DNA from: Octopus vulgaris
Taxonomy: Eukaryota
Length of the DNA stretch: 64,000 nt
Assembly (NCBI GenBank): GCA_951406725.2
Contig: OX597825.1
Coordinates: 83,452,001-83,516,000 of the forward strand
Reading direction: 5' to 3'
A program made the translations under genes and the position numbers. The notes beneath the pieces were generated by a model that was not told the origin of the DNA, did not search any database, and was given only the letters and a program-made list of their open reading frames with translations. Of the stretch, positions 1 to 12,264 are shown piece after piece (the stretch's first letter is position 1; each line of letters begins with the position of its first letter).

Positions 1-146
1 GAAGAAGAAGAAGAAGAAGAAGAAGAAGAAGAAGAAGAAGAAGAGGAGAAGGAGAAGATGGTGGTGATGATGGTGGTGATGATGATGACGACGATGATGA
101 TGATAATGATGATGATGAAGAAGAAGAGGAAGAAGAAGAAGAAGAA
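1..146. repeat. (GAA)n/(GAT)n compound trinucleotide microsatellite abutting the 3' end of the Penelope-like element
   Basis: Direct reading of GAA, GAT and GGT triplet runs. Confidence 0.95.
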
Positions 147-276
147 AAAAACAGAGAAGGGGGAATATGAATGGGTGTAAGTATAGCTATGAAGGGGCTG
201 ATTAGTAATGGATTCTATGGAGTGTAATATTTGTGTGTGTATATATATTTTTCTTTTATTCTAAAGTTGAGGTATA

Positions 277-2607
277 TTAATTGTTTGTCGTAGACCCGTT
301 TAGAAGTGGCTTGTATTTTGTAATAAAGAGATTTTCTTTACTTATTCGTTGTCTCGAGGTTGTATCGTCCCTAAATTGGTAGAGGGGGAAAATTCTGAAG
401 TTTGGTGTTTTTTTGTTGGCGCAAGTATCTATGTGTTGGCTAAAAGCTATTTTTCTGTTTTGGGGAATTTTTATCTGGGATCTGTGCAGGGCCATTCGTT
501 TACGCAAACCATTTTTTGTTTGGCCTATGTACTGCTCTTGACACCCGGAGCAGGTTAGTGAGTATATTAGGTTCTCCGAAGCACATGTGAAGTTGCTTTT
601 CACTGTAAACCGTTGTCCCTGCTTGAAGGAGAACTCTGATCCCTCAATTAGATAGTCGCATATCCCGCAATTGGGTCTTCCACATTTTTTTACTGTCGGC
701 TTCTGTGTTGAGGAGTGAATTCGGGCTTGTGTAAGGAGACTTTTCATGGATCTAGGCTGCCTTTTGCTTTTTATGATCGTGTGTGTTTGGAGGATTGTGT
801 TCATTCTGTGGTCTTTTTTTAGGAGGGGTATGTTGTGGAGGATGGTGTCGAAGGCTTCGTTATTGAGAGGGTTGTGTGTGGAGATGTATGGTAAGGCTTT
901 TGGTTGTAAGTTTTTCTTTGATTTGGGATGTCTCAGTTCCTTGATGTTAAGTTGAAGGGCACGTTGAATGCACTTGTCAATAAGTGAAGGTGGATAGTTC
1001 CTGGTGATTAGGGTATCTTTTAGTTCTTGTAGTCGTGTGTCTCTGGTGTTTGCGTTAGAGACTATAGTGCATATCCTTTTTGCTAGATTGAAGGGGATAT
1101 TCATCCTGGTGTGTCTGGGGTGGCATGAATTGAATGGAAGATATTGCTTAGAGTCTGTAGGCTTATAGTATATGTCTGTTTCTATTATATTATTAGCTTT
1201 CTTAATGAGGATATCGAGGAAGGGGAGTTGTTGTTGGCTATATTCCATCGTGAATTGGATGTTTACGTCCAGTCCGTTTAAAATTTTCTGGAATTCTATG
1301 AGTTTTTCTATATTTTTATGCCAAAGGATGAAACAGTCATCTAGATATCTCTTCCAGTTGTTTTCTATGTAGATGGAGAAAGGGCTGCCATATCTTTCTA
1401 GAACCTTACGATACAGACTGATCTCTAGGTATCCTATGACTAGGTTGGCAAAGGAGGGGGCAATTCGTGTACCCATCGCAGTCCCCGATTTTTGTCGATA
1501 GAAGTTGTCATTGAAGGCGAAGAAGTTATTTTCCAGGATGAATTTGACCCCTTCTATCACAAATTCTTTTTTGATGCGGTGTGGTAGTTCGTTGGCGTGA
1601 TTCTCTAGCCAGAATTGGATTGCCTCTAGTCCTAGGTTGTGGGGGATATTGGAGTAGAGGTTGACTACATCGAAGGATACCAGTATGGTGTTTTTGTTTA
1701 TAGTATTCGGTAGGTGATTGAGCATATCTAAGTCGTCCCTTATATAGCTTTTGACATGTTTGAGGAGTGGTTTTAACAGGGTGTCTAAAAAGTTACTGAG
1801 GCGGTGGGTTTCGCATGCGGGACCTGCTATTATGGGTCTCAATTTGAGGTCATTAGGATTAGGGACTTTAATTATTTTGTCTGTAGCTATCTTGCATGCG
1901 TTGCTTATTTTTTCACTTTTGTGGATCTTAGGTATACCGTAGAATTGGCTAGTTTTACTTGTGAAATTGGTCATATAATCATATTCGTTGTCGGTGAGCC
2001 CTGCTTTGTATGGGTTTAATATGGATTTTAGTTCCCTCATTATTTTTTGTTGACTGTAGTTTTGTGAATTTTCTTAGTATGTTGTGTCTTCCAGCATAGA
2101 AAGTACCAAAGTTATGTAAAATGTCGTATCCATTAAGACAACAGCACTCCCTTTATCGGCCTCTTTGATTGTTATTGTTTTATCTAGTTTTAATTTGTTC
2201 AACTCAGCCCATTCTTTCTTGCTGATGTTTGGTTTGTGTTTTTGTTTGTGCATATGTTGATATGGGTAATTTGATATGTGGTCACAGAAATCATCAAGTG
2301 TTTTATTCTTACCTTTCGAGGGGGTGTAGTTACTCCTATTTCTGGATAACGATTCGTCCTCGTTGTATTTATCGTATAGCTCCTCAGTAAGTCTTAATTT
2401 TCTGCAGAATTCTGCGATGTCTTCTTTCATTTCATTGTAGTTGGGGTGTTGTGGGGTGGGTGTAAACTTGAGTCCTTTGGAAAGTATGTTTATTTGGTTT
2501 GCTGTTAGTTCCTTGTGAGTTAGATTAATAATTTTTATTACTTTTGGTTCCTCCTGCTTGTTTGGTGCTATCTTGTGTCTCTGTGTTTGCGTATTGGGTC
2601 TAAAAAA
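277..2607 (-). pseudogene. PLE reverse transcriptase + GIY-YIG endonuclease reading frame with one premature stop (TAA at 2076-2074)
   Basis: ORFs 277..2040 and 2074..2430 are in the same frame, separated by a single stop (..EDTTY*ENSQNY..). The frame stays open upstream to about 2630 with no ATG before the conserved NLT..KGLKF motif. Confidence 0.9.
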
Positions 2608-3397
2608 TGAATGCGGTGGTTGGGACGGTAGCTAGTATATAGTTGTTCTTTGTTGATTAGGGGTCTCCTGTTGTGATTTATGGTGTGTGTTCTTGGAGCA
2701 GTATTGAGGAGAGCATCCCGATATCCCATATTCGGGTGTGGCGTTCTAGGAGGCATTCGTTGGTAATCATTGCAAGTGGTGTGGGTTTGTTGTGCATGGT
2801 TGTTTAACCGGTTAATGGGACGAAGATTTCTTTGGTAACTCCTTTGGGTGAGGATGAGGTTGCAGTGTCTATGCTGTGGGTGTTGATTTATCCTTTCTCT
2901 GCTTGAAGTGGCGGTATTCCTGATATTGTATCGCTGGCTGCTTACAGAGTTAGGGTTAGGTCCTGTATTCTTTTTTTGATAGTAGTGAAGGTTCCGATTT
3001 TTAGACAGGTGTGTATCGGTGTTTGGGTGTTGTTTTGGTTTTCTTATTTTCTGGAAAGGGTTGTTGGAGGCGTGCTCTGTTTGAAAGACGGCTTCATAGT
3101 CTGAGAACCAAGTGGCGCTTTTCTCCCAGCGTTGGAGAGATTTTAGTTCTTCTTTTTCACAGTCCTCTTTCCATAGTTTGGAGAACTTCTCTTGATCTGG
3201 GCCTTGGGTCATTTTGCGAATTTCTTCGTTGATATCTTCATCGGTGGATTTTATTTTATCCTCATTCGTTTGGGCCCTCAATTTAAGAAGTTCTATTTCC
3301 ATTTTCATTTTTTCCAGTGCCATTCTCTCCCTGAGGTGTCTTTGAGTTTCAGGTTCTTCTGTAATAGCTTTGAACTGGAATTTACGTGGGAGGATTA
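2568..3397 (-). CDS. PLE ORF1 (coiled-coil-like N-part, N/Q/R/H/P-rich low-complexity C-part), 5'-truncated
   Basis: 251-aa ORF extends upstream as ILPRKFQFKAITEEPETQRHLRERM and overlaps the RT frame, which is in the -1 register relative to it. Confidence 0.75.
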
Positions 3398-4779
3398 ACG
3401 ATATATGATTTGTTTATAGTGATCAAATGTTCATGCCACACGTTAGCTTACTCTCTCCCTATCTAATCGAAGTTGCCTGAACAGGTACACTGTGTATCAC
3501 ACGTCAGGTATCGTAGTGATGAATTACTTTGCTCAAGAACACAACGAACCATCCGGTCTGGGGGTTAGAACTCCTAGGCCATACAGTTTGAATCGGTTCT
3601 ACGTGACTTAAAGCTTCATAGGCCCCTATAAGAAGACCGTCTCACTTCAACTAAATGTACACGAATAGTTTACAAGTAGATGCAAGTAAAATTTGGACTG
3701 ACATAAAATATATATCTAGTTTAAGAGACATATCAGATATTATTCACTTGTAAAATATGCTATTGACATGAAGAATGTTTTTGAATTGAACAGAGATCGT
3801 ATCAAATAGAGGATTCGTATTACACGGAATCCTACGTAGGAGGACGAAATACAATCAACCCGAATCCTTAAACGGTTTTCGTTTCCTTTATTTAGACTCA
3901 TATCAATATATCATTTATTTTCCTCTTCATAAGGAGCACCGTATAACTGCTAGAAAACTGACGCCAAAAATTTCTTCAAGAAAGAGAGTGAAATGGAAAT
4001 AGAAAAAGGCATGAAGAGAAATGAAGTTTTCTGTTAGATTCCAGGTTTTAGTTTCACAGCTGTAGCTTTTGTCTTTCGACTTGATAAAATAATCGGAAGA
4101 CTTAGAAGAGTCGACCGCAACAGCAATGTTACATTTCCTGTAATTGTATACCTTCATTCAATCGTGCTTAGGTAAAGCATTATTATACTAAAGGAAACTC
4201 CAATATTCTGAAGGGAAATTATATTATTTTGAATTTCACCGAAGTCACTAACATTTCGTGTATCACATGACATCGCCCAATGGACGATGGGTTACGTTTC
4301 AATTCTAAGCATAGGTTGTGTGTGAGTTTATGCATGATTGTGTGTGCTCGTGCGTGTGTATACGTGCGTGTGTATACGTGCGTGTGTATACGTGCGCGTG
4401 TATGTGTGTGTGTGTGTTTACTCTGAAGTAAACCTCTAATCAACGACAATTTAATATTGTTTAAATTGGGAAACTTTGGAATGATCTGTTAATTACAGAG
4501 TACAGTAATGATACATTCTGTAGATTTTCAAGATTGCTCGAATAGGAATGGTGTTGCCTCTACCGTTGCCAATAACACGGACATCTTGAATCATTATGAT
4601 TATCATAATATTTTAAGAGCAAACAATAGCGCTCGTCTCAATTGGCTTCGATGACCAAAAATTCTTTAAAGGTATAATTAAACGTACGTTTAAAATATGG
4701 AGCATTTTGCATATATTAAATAAGTACTTTTAGACTAAAACGAGAATATATATATATATATGTATTATATATATATATA

Positions 4780-4936
4780 GGCAGGAGTGGGAGTGTGGTA
4801 AGTAGCTTGCTACCAAGCACATGGTTCTGGGTTCAGTCCCACTTTGTGGGTACCTTGGGCAACTGTCTTCTACTATAGTTCGGGCCAACCAAAGACTTGT
4901 GAGTGGATTTGGTAGACGGAAACTAAAAGAAGCCCG

Positions 4937-5026
<90 letters not shown>

Positions 5027-5117
5027 GTGTTTGTGTGTCTGTGTTTGTAATCCCACAATCGCCTGCCAACCGATGCTGGTGTGTTTACGTCTACGTAACT
5101 TAGCGGCTCGGCCAAGG
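4780..5117 (+). mobile_element. SINE family B (tRNA-derived head, internal (TA)n(TG)n), 3'-truncated
   Basis: A/B-box-like head (GTGTGGTAAG..GGGTTCAGTCCC) and body shared with copies at 27102, 40631 and 53570. Confidence 0.85.
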
Positions 5118-5452
5118 AAACCGCTAGTCGCTCTGATCTATAAACTTTTAATAATTACAGTATGTATTTACCCCTTCCCAGTGGTGAATCTCTTCTATAT
5201 TGTTGATATATAATATCTTCATTTTTTAACGGATTCTTAAAGTTTGCACCTACCCTAAATATAAAATATATCCCCTAAGTTCTGTTACTCTTCTACCTCG
5301 ATCATTTTCTTTGATGTACTTAAGATATACCTTATAAGCCCATATCCAAAGGTAATTTTGTCTCTATTAAACCTTGGTTTATCTATATTGTATTTTATCT
5401 TGGATTAATAATAATATTCCGACTATAACCTTATATATATAAAAGGAAGAAA

Positions 5453-5489
<37 letters not shown>

Positions 5490-5496
5490 GAAGAAA

Positions 5497-5528
<32 letters not shown>

Positions 5529-6305
5529 CAATACCATTAAAAAAATCTTTTTATTTCATCTTATATCCTTCCTTATATTTTTTATAACTTTTTATATAGT
5601 GTTTTATACGCTCGTATTTTAAAAACATTTTTCTTATATTTTGTGAATTATTTATATTCTTTTTATATTTTATGCCTTTATATACCCTTTTATATATTTT
5701 CATGGTTTTTATAGTTTATATTATATATATTCTAATTACACATTATATCTTATAACTTTTCATATTTAAATTTCTTATCATTTTATGCCTTATATATACT
5801 TTTATATATTTTCATTTTATATATTTTCATTTTATATATTTTCATATAACTTTCATTTTATATATTTTCATATAACTTATAAATTTGTGACAGTTTATAC
5901 TTTTCATAAAATTAACTGTACACTACAATCTTATATTATCATATATTTTAATTATACATGATATTCCTTATGTGATTATAGGACTAAATTTGTTTAAATG
6001 TCGTATCTGAATATACACCGTTATATATGTAATATTTCTAATTTACTTTCCCTATACATTAGATCTCATTTCTAATTATATCCTATCTTTAACCACTGGT
6101 ATGTAACGGGAATGTTTTATCATCAGTTTAATTGCATACTGTAATTATCTATTTCTCTTACAAATATTTCCGTTATACATTCATCATATAATAGTTTACC
6201 AGGATATTCAATACACTACATTTATGAAAAGTCTAGATATTTCTCTTATATCTTAAGGTATCCGCTCATTAAAATTTTAGATGTAAAGTCAAGCTTTCAT
6301 CTATA

Positions 6306-6525
6306 TACTCTTTTTACTCTTTTAGTTGTTTCAGTCATTTGACTGCGGCCATGCTGGAGCACCACCTTTAATCGAGCAACTCGACCCCGGGACTTATTCT
6401 TTTGTAAGCCCAGTACTTATTCTATCGGTCTCTTTTGCCGAACCGCTTAGTAACGGGGACATTAACACACCAGCATCGGTTGTCAAGCAATGCTAGGGGG
6501 ACAAACACAGACACACAAACACACA
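6306..6525 (-). mobile_element. SINE family B, 3' half
   Basis: Matches the tail of the 27102-27531 copy (..GGTGCTCCAGCATGGCCGCAGTCAAATGACTGAAAC..AAAAGAGTAAAAGAG). Confidence 0.85.
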
Positions 6526-7155
6526 TTTAATTATATTTTGCTTTAACATTATGTCTCTTCCCTTATTCCCTCAACGTATATTCGACCCCTACTTTCTAAT
6601 ACTATTCCTTGAGCTTTTCATTAACTTCCCCTTTAATCTAACAATCAAAATAAGTATTATTAGTTCTTCCTATCGTCCTTTCTTCGAGCTATGACCCCTT
6701 CCCCATCAGGTATTCCACCCTTTTTACCACTCCAAGCCTTACTTTTTGGTATAGACAAATCCGAATAAAAGGTTCCAGTAGATCGTCTATGAGGTTGTCA
6801 TGCTATTGACTGATTTATCACTTTTGTCTAGAATACAGCTACAACTCCCAAAAGATTTAATTTTGGACGAATGAAGACTACATTCCCTCCATTGTCTTCA
6901 AAGTGCAGGTAAGGAGGTCCCTACTCTCATCCCCCCCCCCCACTATAACCTCTACTAACCTCTACATTCTAGAAGGTTCGACACTACATAGACTATTTTC
7001 TAAACTCATTCCGCCGAATATATGGCAGCAGAGTCAATAAAAATATTTGAGCTCCGTTGGTGATACGAATATGTTAATGCAGTTGCTTTGTGCTTTGTGT
7101 TTGAAGTCTATGCAGTCATCTGACAAGAACGGTTTCTTTGCAATGATGTAATGTT

Positions 7156-7202
7156 TTCATTACTCAATTAAAGGAGAAGCCTATTGAAACGGCCGTAATG
7201 AA
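7156..7202 (+). ncRNA. Degenerate minimal type I hammerhead ribozyme remnant
   Basis: TTCAT...AGG-AGAAG-CCT..GAAAC-GGCC-GTA-ATGAA: stem I, stem II, palindromic stem III and GUA site are present, but the CUGANGA core is not recognisable. Confidence 0.4.
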
Positions 7203-7230
7203 TTGACACATATACGGCTTTGTTACTCAT

Positions 7231-7660
7231 TTATAAACAAACCCAAAGGTTTTGTAAGTTACGGAGAAAGAGCGACTATGAATATCTTCCATACAATAAT
7301 AACTATATAATAATATAGCATAAAAATAATATATATACTCCGATTTGAAGCAACAACTAAACTATTGACTGAAAAGTGATGAGCTAACTCAGGCCGTCAT
7401 CGATCCCACCAATCAACGCTTACACGCCTCCTTGCGCATCCAATTGTACCAATACTCTCACACATCAAATTATATGTATGGATACATAACTGTCTAATAC
7501 TACATATAATATTTAAACAAACCTGAGGCTTTGTACGTTACGTGGAAAGAGCGACTATGAATAACTATATTATATCATAATAATAATAATATATATATAC
7601 TCCGATTTAAAGACACATTTTTCTCAACGATTGACTGAAATATGATGAGCTAACCTAGGT
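7231..7660 (+). repeat. Diverged direct duplication (~7231-7395 vs ~7512-7660)
   Basis: Both copies share AAACAAACC..GTTACG..GAAAGAGCGACTATGAATA..TATACTCCGATTT..ATTGACTGAAA..TGATGAGCTAAC. Confidence 0.8.
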
Positions 7661-7796
7661 AAGCATGCATGCATTTATGTATGTATATATGTTTTATGTG
7701 AAGTAAATCCAAACATGAAAACACAAAGAGAAAACGCAACAACGCGAGGACGTGGAACAAGTATAATGACGCTCAGGAAAGGAAAGAAAGAAGGAG

Positions 7797-7833
7797 GAAT
7801 TAACGTCTCGAGCGGAGCTCTTCGTTAGAAACA
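7797..7833 (-). ncRNA. Degenerate minimal hammerhead ribozyme in a ~210-bp interspersed element (~7690-7905)
   Basis: Minus strand reads GTTT-CTAACGA-A-GAGC-TCC-GCTC-GAGAC-GTT-AATT, one substitution in each core segment relative to CUGACGA/GAAAC. Confidence 0.55.
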
Positions 7834-10626
7834 TAGGAAAAGGAACTATTCAAGGAAGGGAAGATGGAGGAAAAAAATCGCCAACGATACACACGAGGTC
7901 ACATAATGCATGTATGTATTAAAAATGTTAAAATGCCGCTTGTGGATAAAGTATAACGGGGTCTGGGATAATTGTACGAGTAAGTTGACAAACGAAAGAG
8001 ATCTACATCTCAATGGGGTTGTTTTCTGTAAGACGCCTGCGATGCTTTAAGTCGCATGAACCCAACACAAACTGTTTTAAACAATAATATTCATGCCTCC
8101 TGCAAAATGTGTGGAGAGCCCTCTCCTTTCGTTTGCCCACTGACTTATAAATACGCGCGCGCGTGTGTGTGTGTCTGTGTCTTTTCTAACACATTGCTAT
8201 TAATATGAAAATAATGTTATCTCGGATTATGTTATCTCAGATTACACACCTAACTCAACAATATGTTGGAGTTTGTAGCAACAGAACGTCAATACTTTCT
8301 AATAACTCAAAGGTTTTCTGATGCATATAAGCTACTAGGCTATTCTGAAGCATTTACCTTTGTAGGAACTATAGAATATACATATGCGTATATTCTCACC
8401 ACTGTAACGTTGCATGGAGCAGACTATATATATTTATACAGCGCTGGTCATAAAGTACTCCCTGTCCCCGTGCGTAGTTTCTGATTGAGACTCTCTTTGG
8501 TTCAGTGAACAATCACACATTAGTCCTGAAACGGACGCCAGGACGACGTTTGTTAAGTATTTATAACTGATTGTTCTGGAGCAACGTGAAGAGAATTATT
8601 TTTTCTTTTTCTAAGAGACAACGTACCACCTATCTTCAAAGAGAAATCACGATTTTGAATTCGAAAGTACAGTATCTTGATAATTAGGCAACACTTATTC
8701 ATATACTTTCTTATAGCACTACACAATGGCAAATTTGTGTGACACATACAGCGTGTGAAACAATACGATGAATGTGAACAACCTACCACCTAAACAGAAT
8801 CTCAACGGCCTTAAATTAACCTTGTTACTTGTTGTGCAATAAACCTGACAACAAATATTAATATTAAATAACCAAGATATTAAATACATATCCTTTTCCA
8901 GACAAAATAAACATGTCATACAACCAGATCAGCTGTCTTTCTTCTATAGCAATTAGCAGAATCGTATTAGGAACAAAGGTTGACAAATCTTTACAAAGAC
9001 TTATGTATGTGTGCTGTTGCCTTACTATGTCTGCGAATGTACTTTTGTTTTATACTTATCTTCAATGCATGGTTTGTTGGCAAGTAATAATCAGTGCACG
9101 GGAGGGTATCTGGTTTGTGTTTACACATAATGTTGCAACCGATGATACTTCGATGCGCCTCATTGTAGCAATTATGAAAATTTGTTAGAGATTGCGAAAC
9201 AATTTTGGCAGTTTACTGTTAGAAGCAAAGCATATCGCTAAAAGTTTGTAAATTAAAAAAAAAAACGAAGACATCATTGAAGCCAAATGAGATTAAATGC
9301 AGGGAGACTTTCCTGACAAAAAAAATGTAGGGCGATTATATTCGACATTTCGTTTCTTATGCCTTTCTTGAATCTATCATTGAAGATCTAACGAGATCTG
9401 AAATACCAATGTAAAATTTATTTCTTCGAGGAATATCTGTTCTATGAGAAATCCTCATGCAAATAGCAAGGAAGTTTTAAATGGAATAATCAAAAGAAAG
9501 GCTATCATACACAGTAAATCATTAAATGTATTAGAAGTTTAAAAAAAATTCTAGGAAACTAAATTTAAGATCAGGGATTTTCTCAACATTATATACAATT
9601 ACGAGCTGGAAAAAATAGCTCGAATTCTTTGTATGAAATTTGTATGAAAATGCCTGGAAAGCAAAGATCACGTGAACACTCACTTAGAAAAGTCAAACTA
9701 ATCAGTAATATGCCTTGGAAAAAGGTGTAAGTAGGTAGTTTGTTGGCTTTCGTTTGATGATATAGAGAATCGAAAACCGTTTGATGTATAAATTTCACAT
9801 GTCAGATATATAACATTACACGTACGACGACACACAAAGTACGGCTGAAAATTTGAACCAGTATCATTTTATAATCTTTGATAATAAATAAGAAAGAAAA
9901 GATTGTGCTGTATTTTTCAATTAGTATGGGAGGATGGTTTGAAACGTCTCTGGTGTGTGTGTTTAGTCACTGTGTGTGAGCCCACGTTTGTCTCATATGT
10001 ACAAACACGGACTCATGAAATTATATATATATATATATATATATATTAGGTATATGTCTGTACGTATATATGTATTTTACGATGTGTAATTTCATATATA
10101 GATATGTATATTGTTGTTAATTCATTAAAGTGAGATATCTTAGTTGATGAGCCGCATCTGGCGCTGTCGAAACGAGATAAGCTTAAGACTAAATTAATCT
10201 TCTTGGTTGCTTACGGTATCTCACATCTGAATCACGTAGTAACAATGTGAAACCTTTGAAAACATAAAGGCTATTTCTTGTTTCTTATAACAATGTTTAC
10301 TTAATTAGACGAAAGTCGGTGAGCACGACGAAAATGGTAAACAAAGGAATACCAGAGATTCAAGAAGTGAGTGGTCGTCGATTTTGGAAGAATCATTTTG
10401 TAAAGCATTTTGATGTGGATTTATCTGCGAGGCGAGAATTCTGAGATCGTGTATGATGCAGCATCGACGAAGATGGAACAGTTTCAATTATGCTTACATG
10501 TAAATACACTAATGTAGACAGTTAATATTGCGATATCAATTTTAAAAAAGTGCACCATGTAATGAAAAACTTATTTATATAGTTTTAGACTGTGCTTTAA
10601 AGTATTAAGAAGTAATTTTACAACGT

Positions 10627-10958
10627 TCATAAACTACAACTATACAATATGGGTGACAATGTAGGGGGTGAAATCTTTGAAACCGGACAGGGCAGATAAA
10701 GATTCTCTCCCATGAGACATAAAACATTCGTAAGACGAGTTCTTGACGGCCGCGCTTCACTACACAAAAGCGACTTGCCGATGTTTAAGATAATAGTAGA
10801 AACTGTTGACAGACAAGCGTAAAAAATATTTGTAGATAGAATTTTCATATCTAACACTTGGTACATCAAGTAGAAATTTTTGCCGTCCAGTCCCATCAGA
10901 CACGCAGTTAACATTGAGAGGTATGGCCATTTTGATGTCTTCGTATAAAGGTGTTAAA
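10627..10958 (-). mobile_element. Possible decayed piggyBac-like remnant
   Basis: TTAA at the right edge and frameshifted Cys-containing peptides (..LPCPV/CFKDF-like) resembling a piggyBac C-terminal cysteine-rich domain. Weak. Confidence 0.25.
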
Positions 10959-11449
10959 GGGTTTTACTAGTTATATTTCATGGACTACTATTTATAATCA
11001 TATTTGCATAGCTATAAATAACAGATTAAAAAGTGACATACTTCAAAATTCAATTGCAATAAACAAAACATCTTCTTCTGAGCTCTAAGCTTAAAGCCTC
11101 TAATTTCAAGGCTACTAATTGAGAAATCCCTCTGGTGTTCAGTTATTACAAACGGCCAATCAACAGAAGACAGCTATCATAATTCCTTTATTTTACCATG
11201 TATTTCATCCTATTACTTGTACGGTATATTTGAATTTCAGTAAATTTATAAAAACGACACATTGTAAAATATAGCCTCATTGATAAATCATCGAAGAACA
11301 ATTTGCTAAAACCACCGGATCGTAGAGATATTGGGATTCAAAAATAGTAATGAAATATAATAGTTTATTGCCGTAGAATACATAACTGGTTCTCTCTCTC
11401 TTTCTCTCTCTCTCTTTCTCTCTCTCCCTCTCTCTGAGTATATACATAC

Positions 11450-11762
11450 AGGAGCACTCCGTCGGTTACGACGACGAGGGTCCCAGCTGATACGATCAAC
11501 GGAAAGGCTTGCTCGTGAAATTAACGTGCAAATGGCAGACACCTGTAACCTTAATGCAGTTCTAAGAGAGATTCAGCGTGACACAGAGTGTGACAAGGCT
11601 GGACCTTTCGAAATACAGGCACTACCCATTTTTGCCAGTTGAGTGGACTGGAACAATGTGAAATAAAGTGTTTGTTCAAGGACAAAATGGGTTGCCGGGA
11701 ATTGAACTCAAGACCTTAAGATCGTGAGCAGAATGTCCCAACCACTAAGCCACGCACCTTCA
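11450..11762 (-). mobile_element. SINE family C (tRNA head, TGTGTCCTTGAGCAAGACACTT-type central domain)
   Basis: Reverse-complement match to the 56801-57117 copy. Confidence 0.85.
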
Positions 11763-11766
11763 CATC

Positions 11767-11845
<79 letters not shown>

Positions 11846-11848
<3 letters not shown>

Positions 11849-11890
11849 TCATTCAAGAGAAATCTTCTGAAGATTTCTCTTGAATGAACA
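11846..11890. repeat. Perfect 22-bp inverted repeat with 1-nt spacer
   Basis: TGTTCATTCAAGAGAAATCTTC-T-GAAGATTTCTCTTGAATGAACA, in a short insert between two (TA)n arrays. Confidence 0.95.
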
Positions 11891-11923
11891 GAGAGAGAGT
11901 TAACCCCGAATCAACCCGGACCT

Positions 11924-11985
<62 letters not shown>

Positions 11986-12000
11986 TACATACATACATAC

Positions 12001-12160
12001 GGCGGGCTTCTTTCAGTTTCCGCCTACCAAATCCACTCGTAAGGCTTTGGTTGCTTCGAGGCTATAGTAGAAGACAATTTTCCAAGGTGCCACGCAGTGG
12101 GACTGAACCAGGAACTATGTGGTTGGTAAGCAAGACACTTATCACACAGCCACTACTTTG
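12001..12160 (-). mobile_element. SINE family B, 5' half
   Basis: Reverse complement of the family B head and body up to the internal microsatellite. Confidence 0.85.
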
Positions 12161-12229
12161 CTATGTAGATGGGCTTCTTCTAGTTTCTGTCTACCAATAT
12201 ATATATAAGGGCATATACACGTGTGTGTG

Positions 12230-12264
<35 letters not shown>

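Larger units (their letters stand above)
150..3397 (-). mobile_element. Penelope-like retroelement (EN+, probably Neptune-type), 5'-truncated
   Basis: Minus strand encodes the PLE N-terminal motif IINLT..LSKGLKFTPTP, ADKG, RT motifs (PKIHK, RPII, SFDVVNLY, GTAMG, RYLDD, LPFLD), a Cys-rich linker (CGRPNCGIC) and a GIY-YIG endonuclease (LIYSLTC..CQEQYIGQT). An upstream ORF1 is cut off near 3397. Confidence 0.95.

Noticed and set aside
8770-8794. Minus-strand TTAGGTGGTAGGTTGTTCAC resembling let-7
   Set aside because: Seed mismatches and no convincing precursor hairpin.
10136-10190. TTGATGA-GCC..GGC..GAAAC hammerhead-like string
   Set aside because: Extra bases between stem II and GAAA, and no valid stem III/NUH site.
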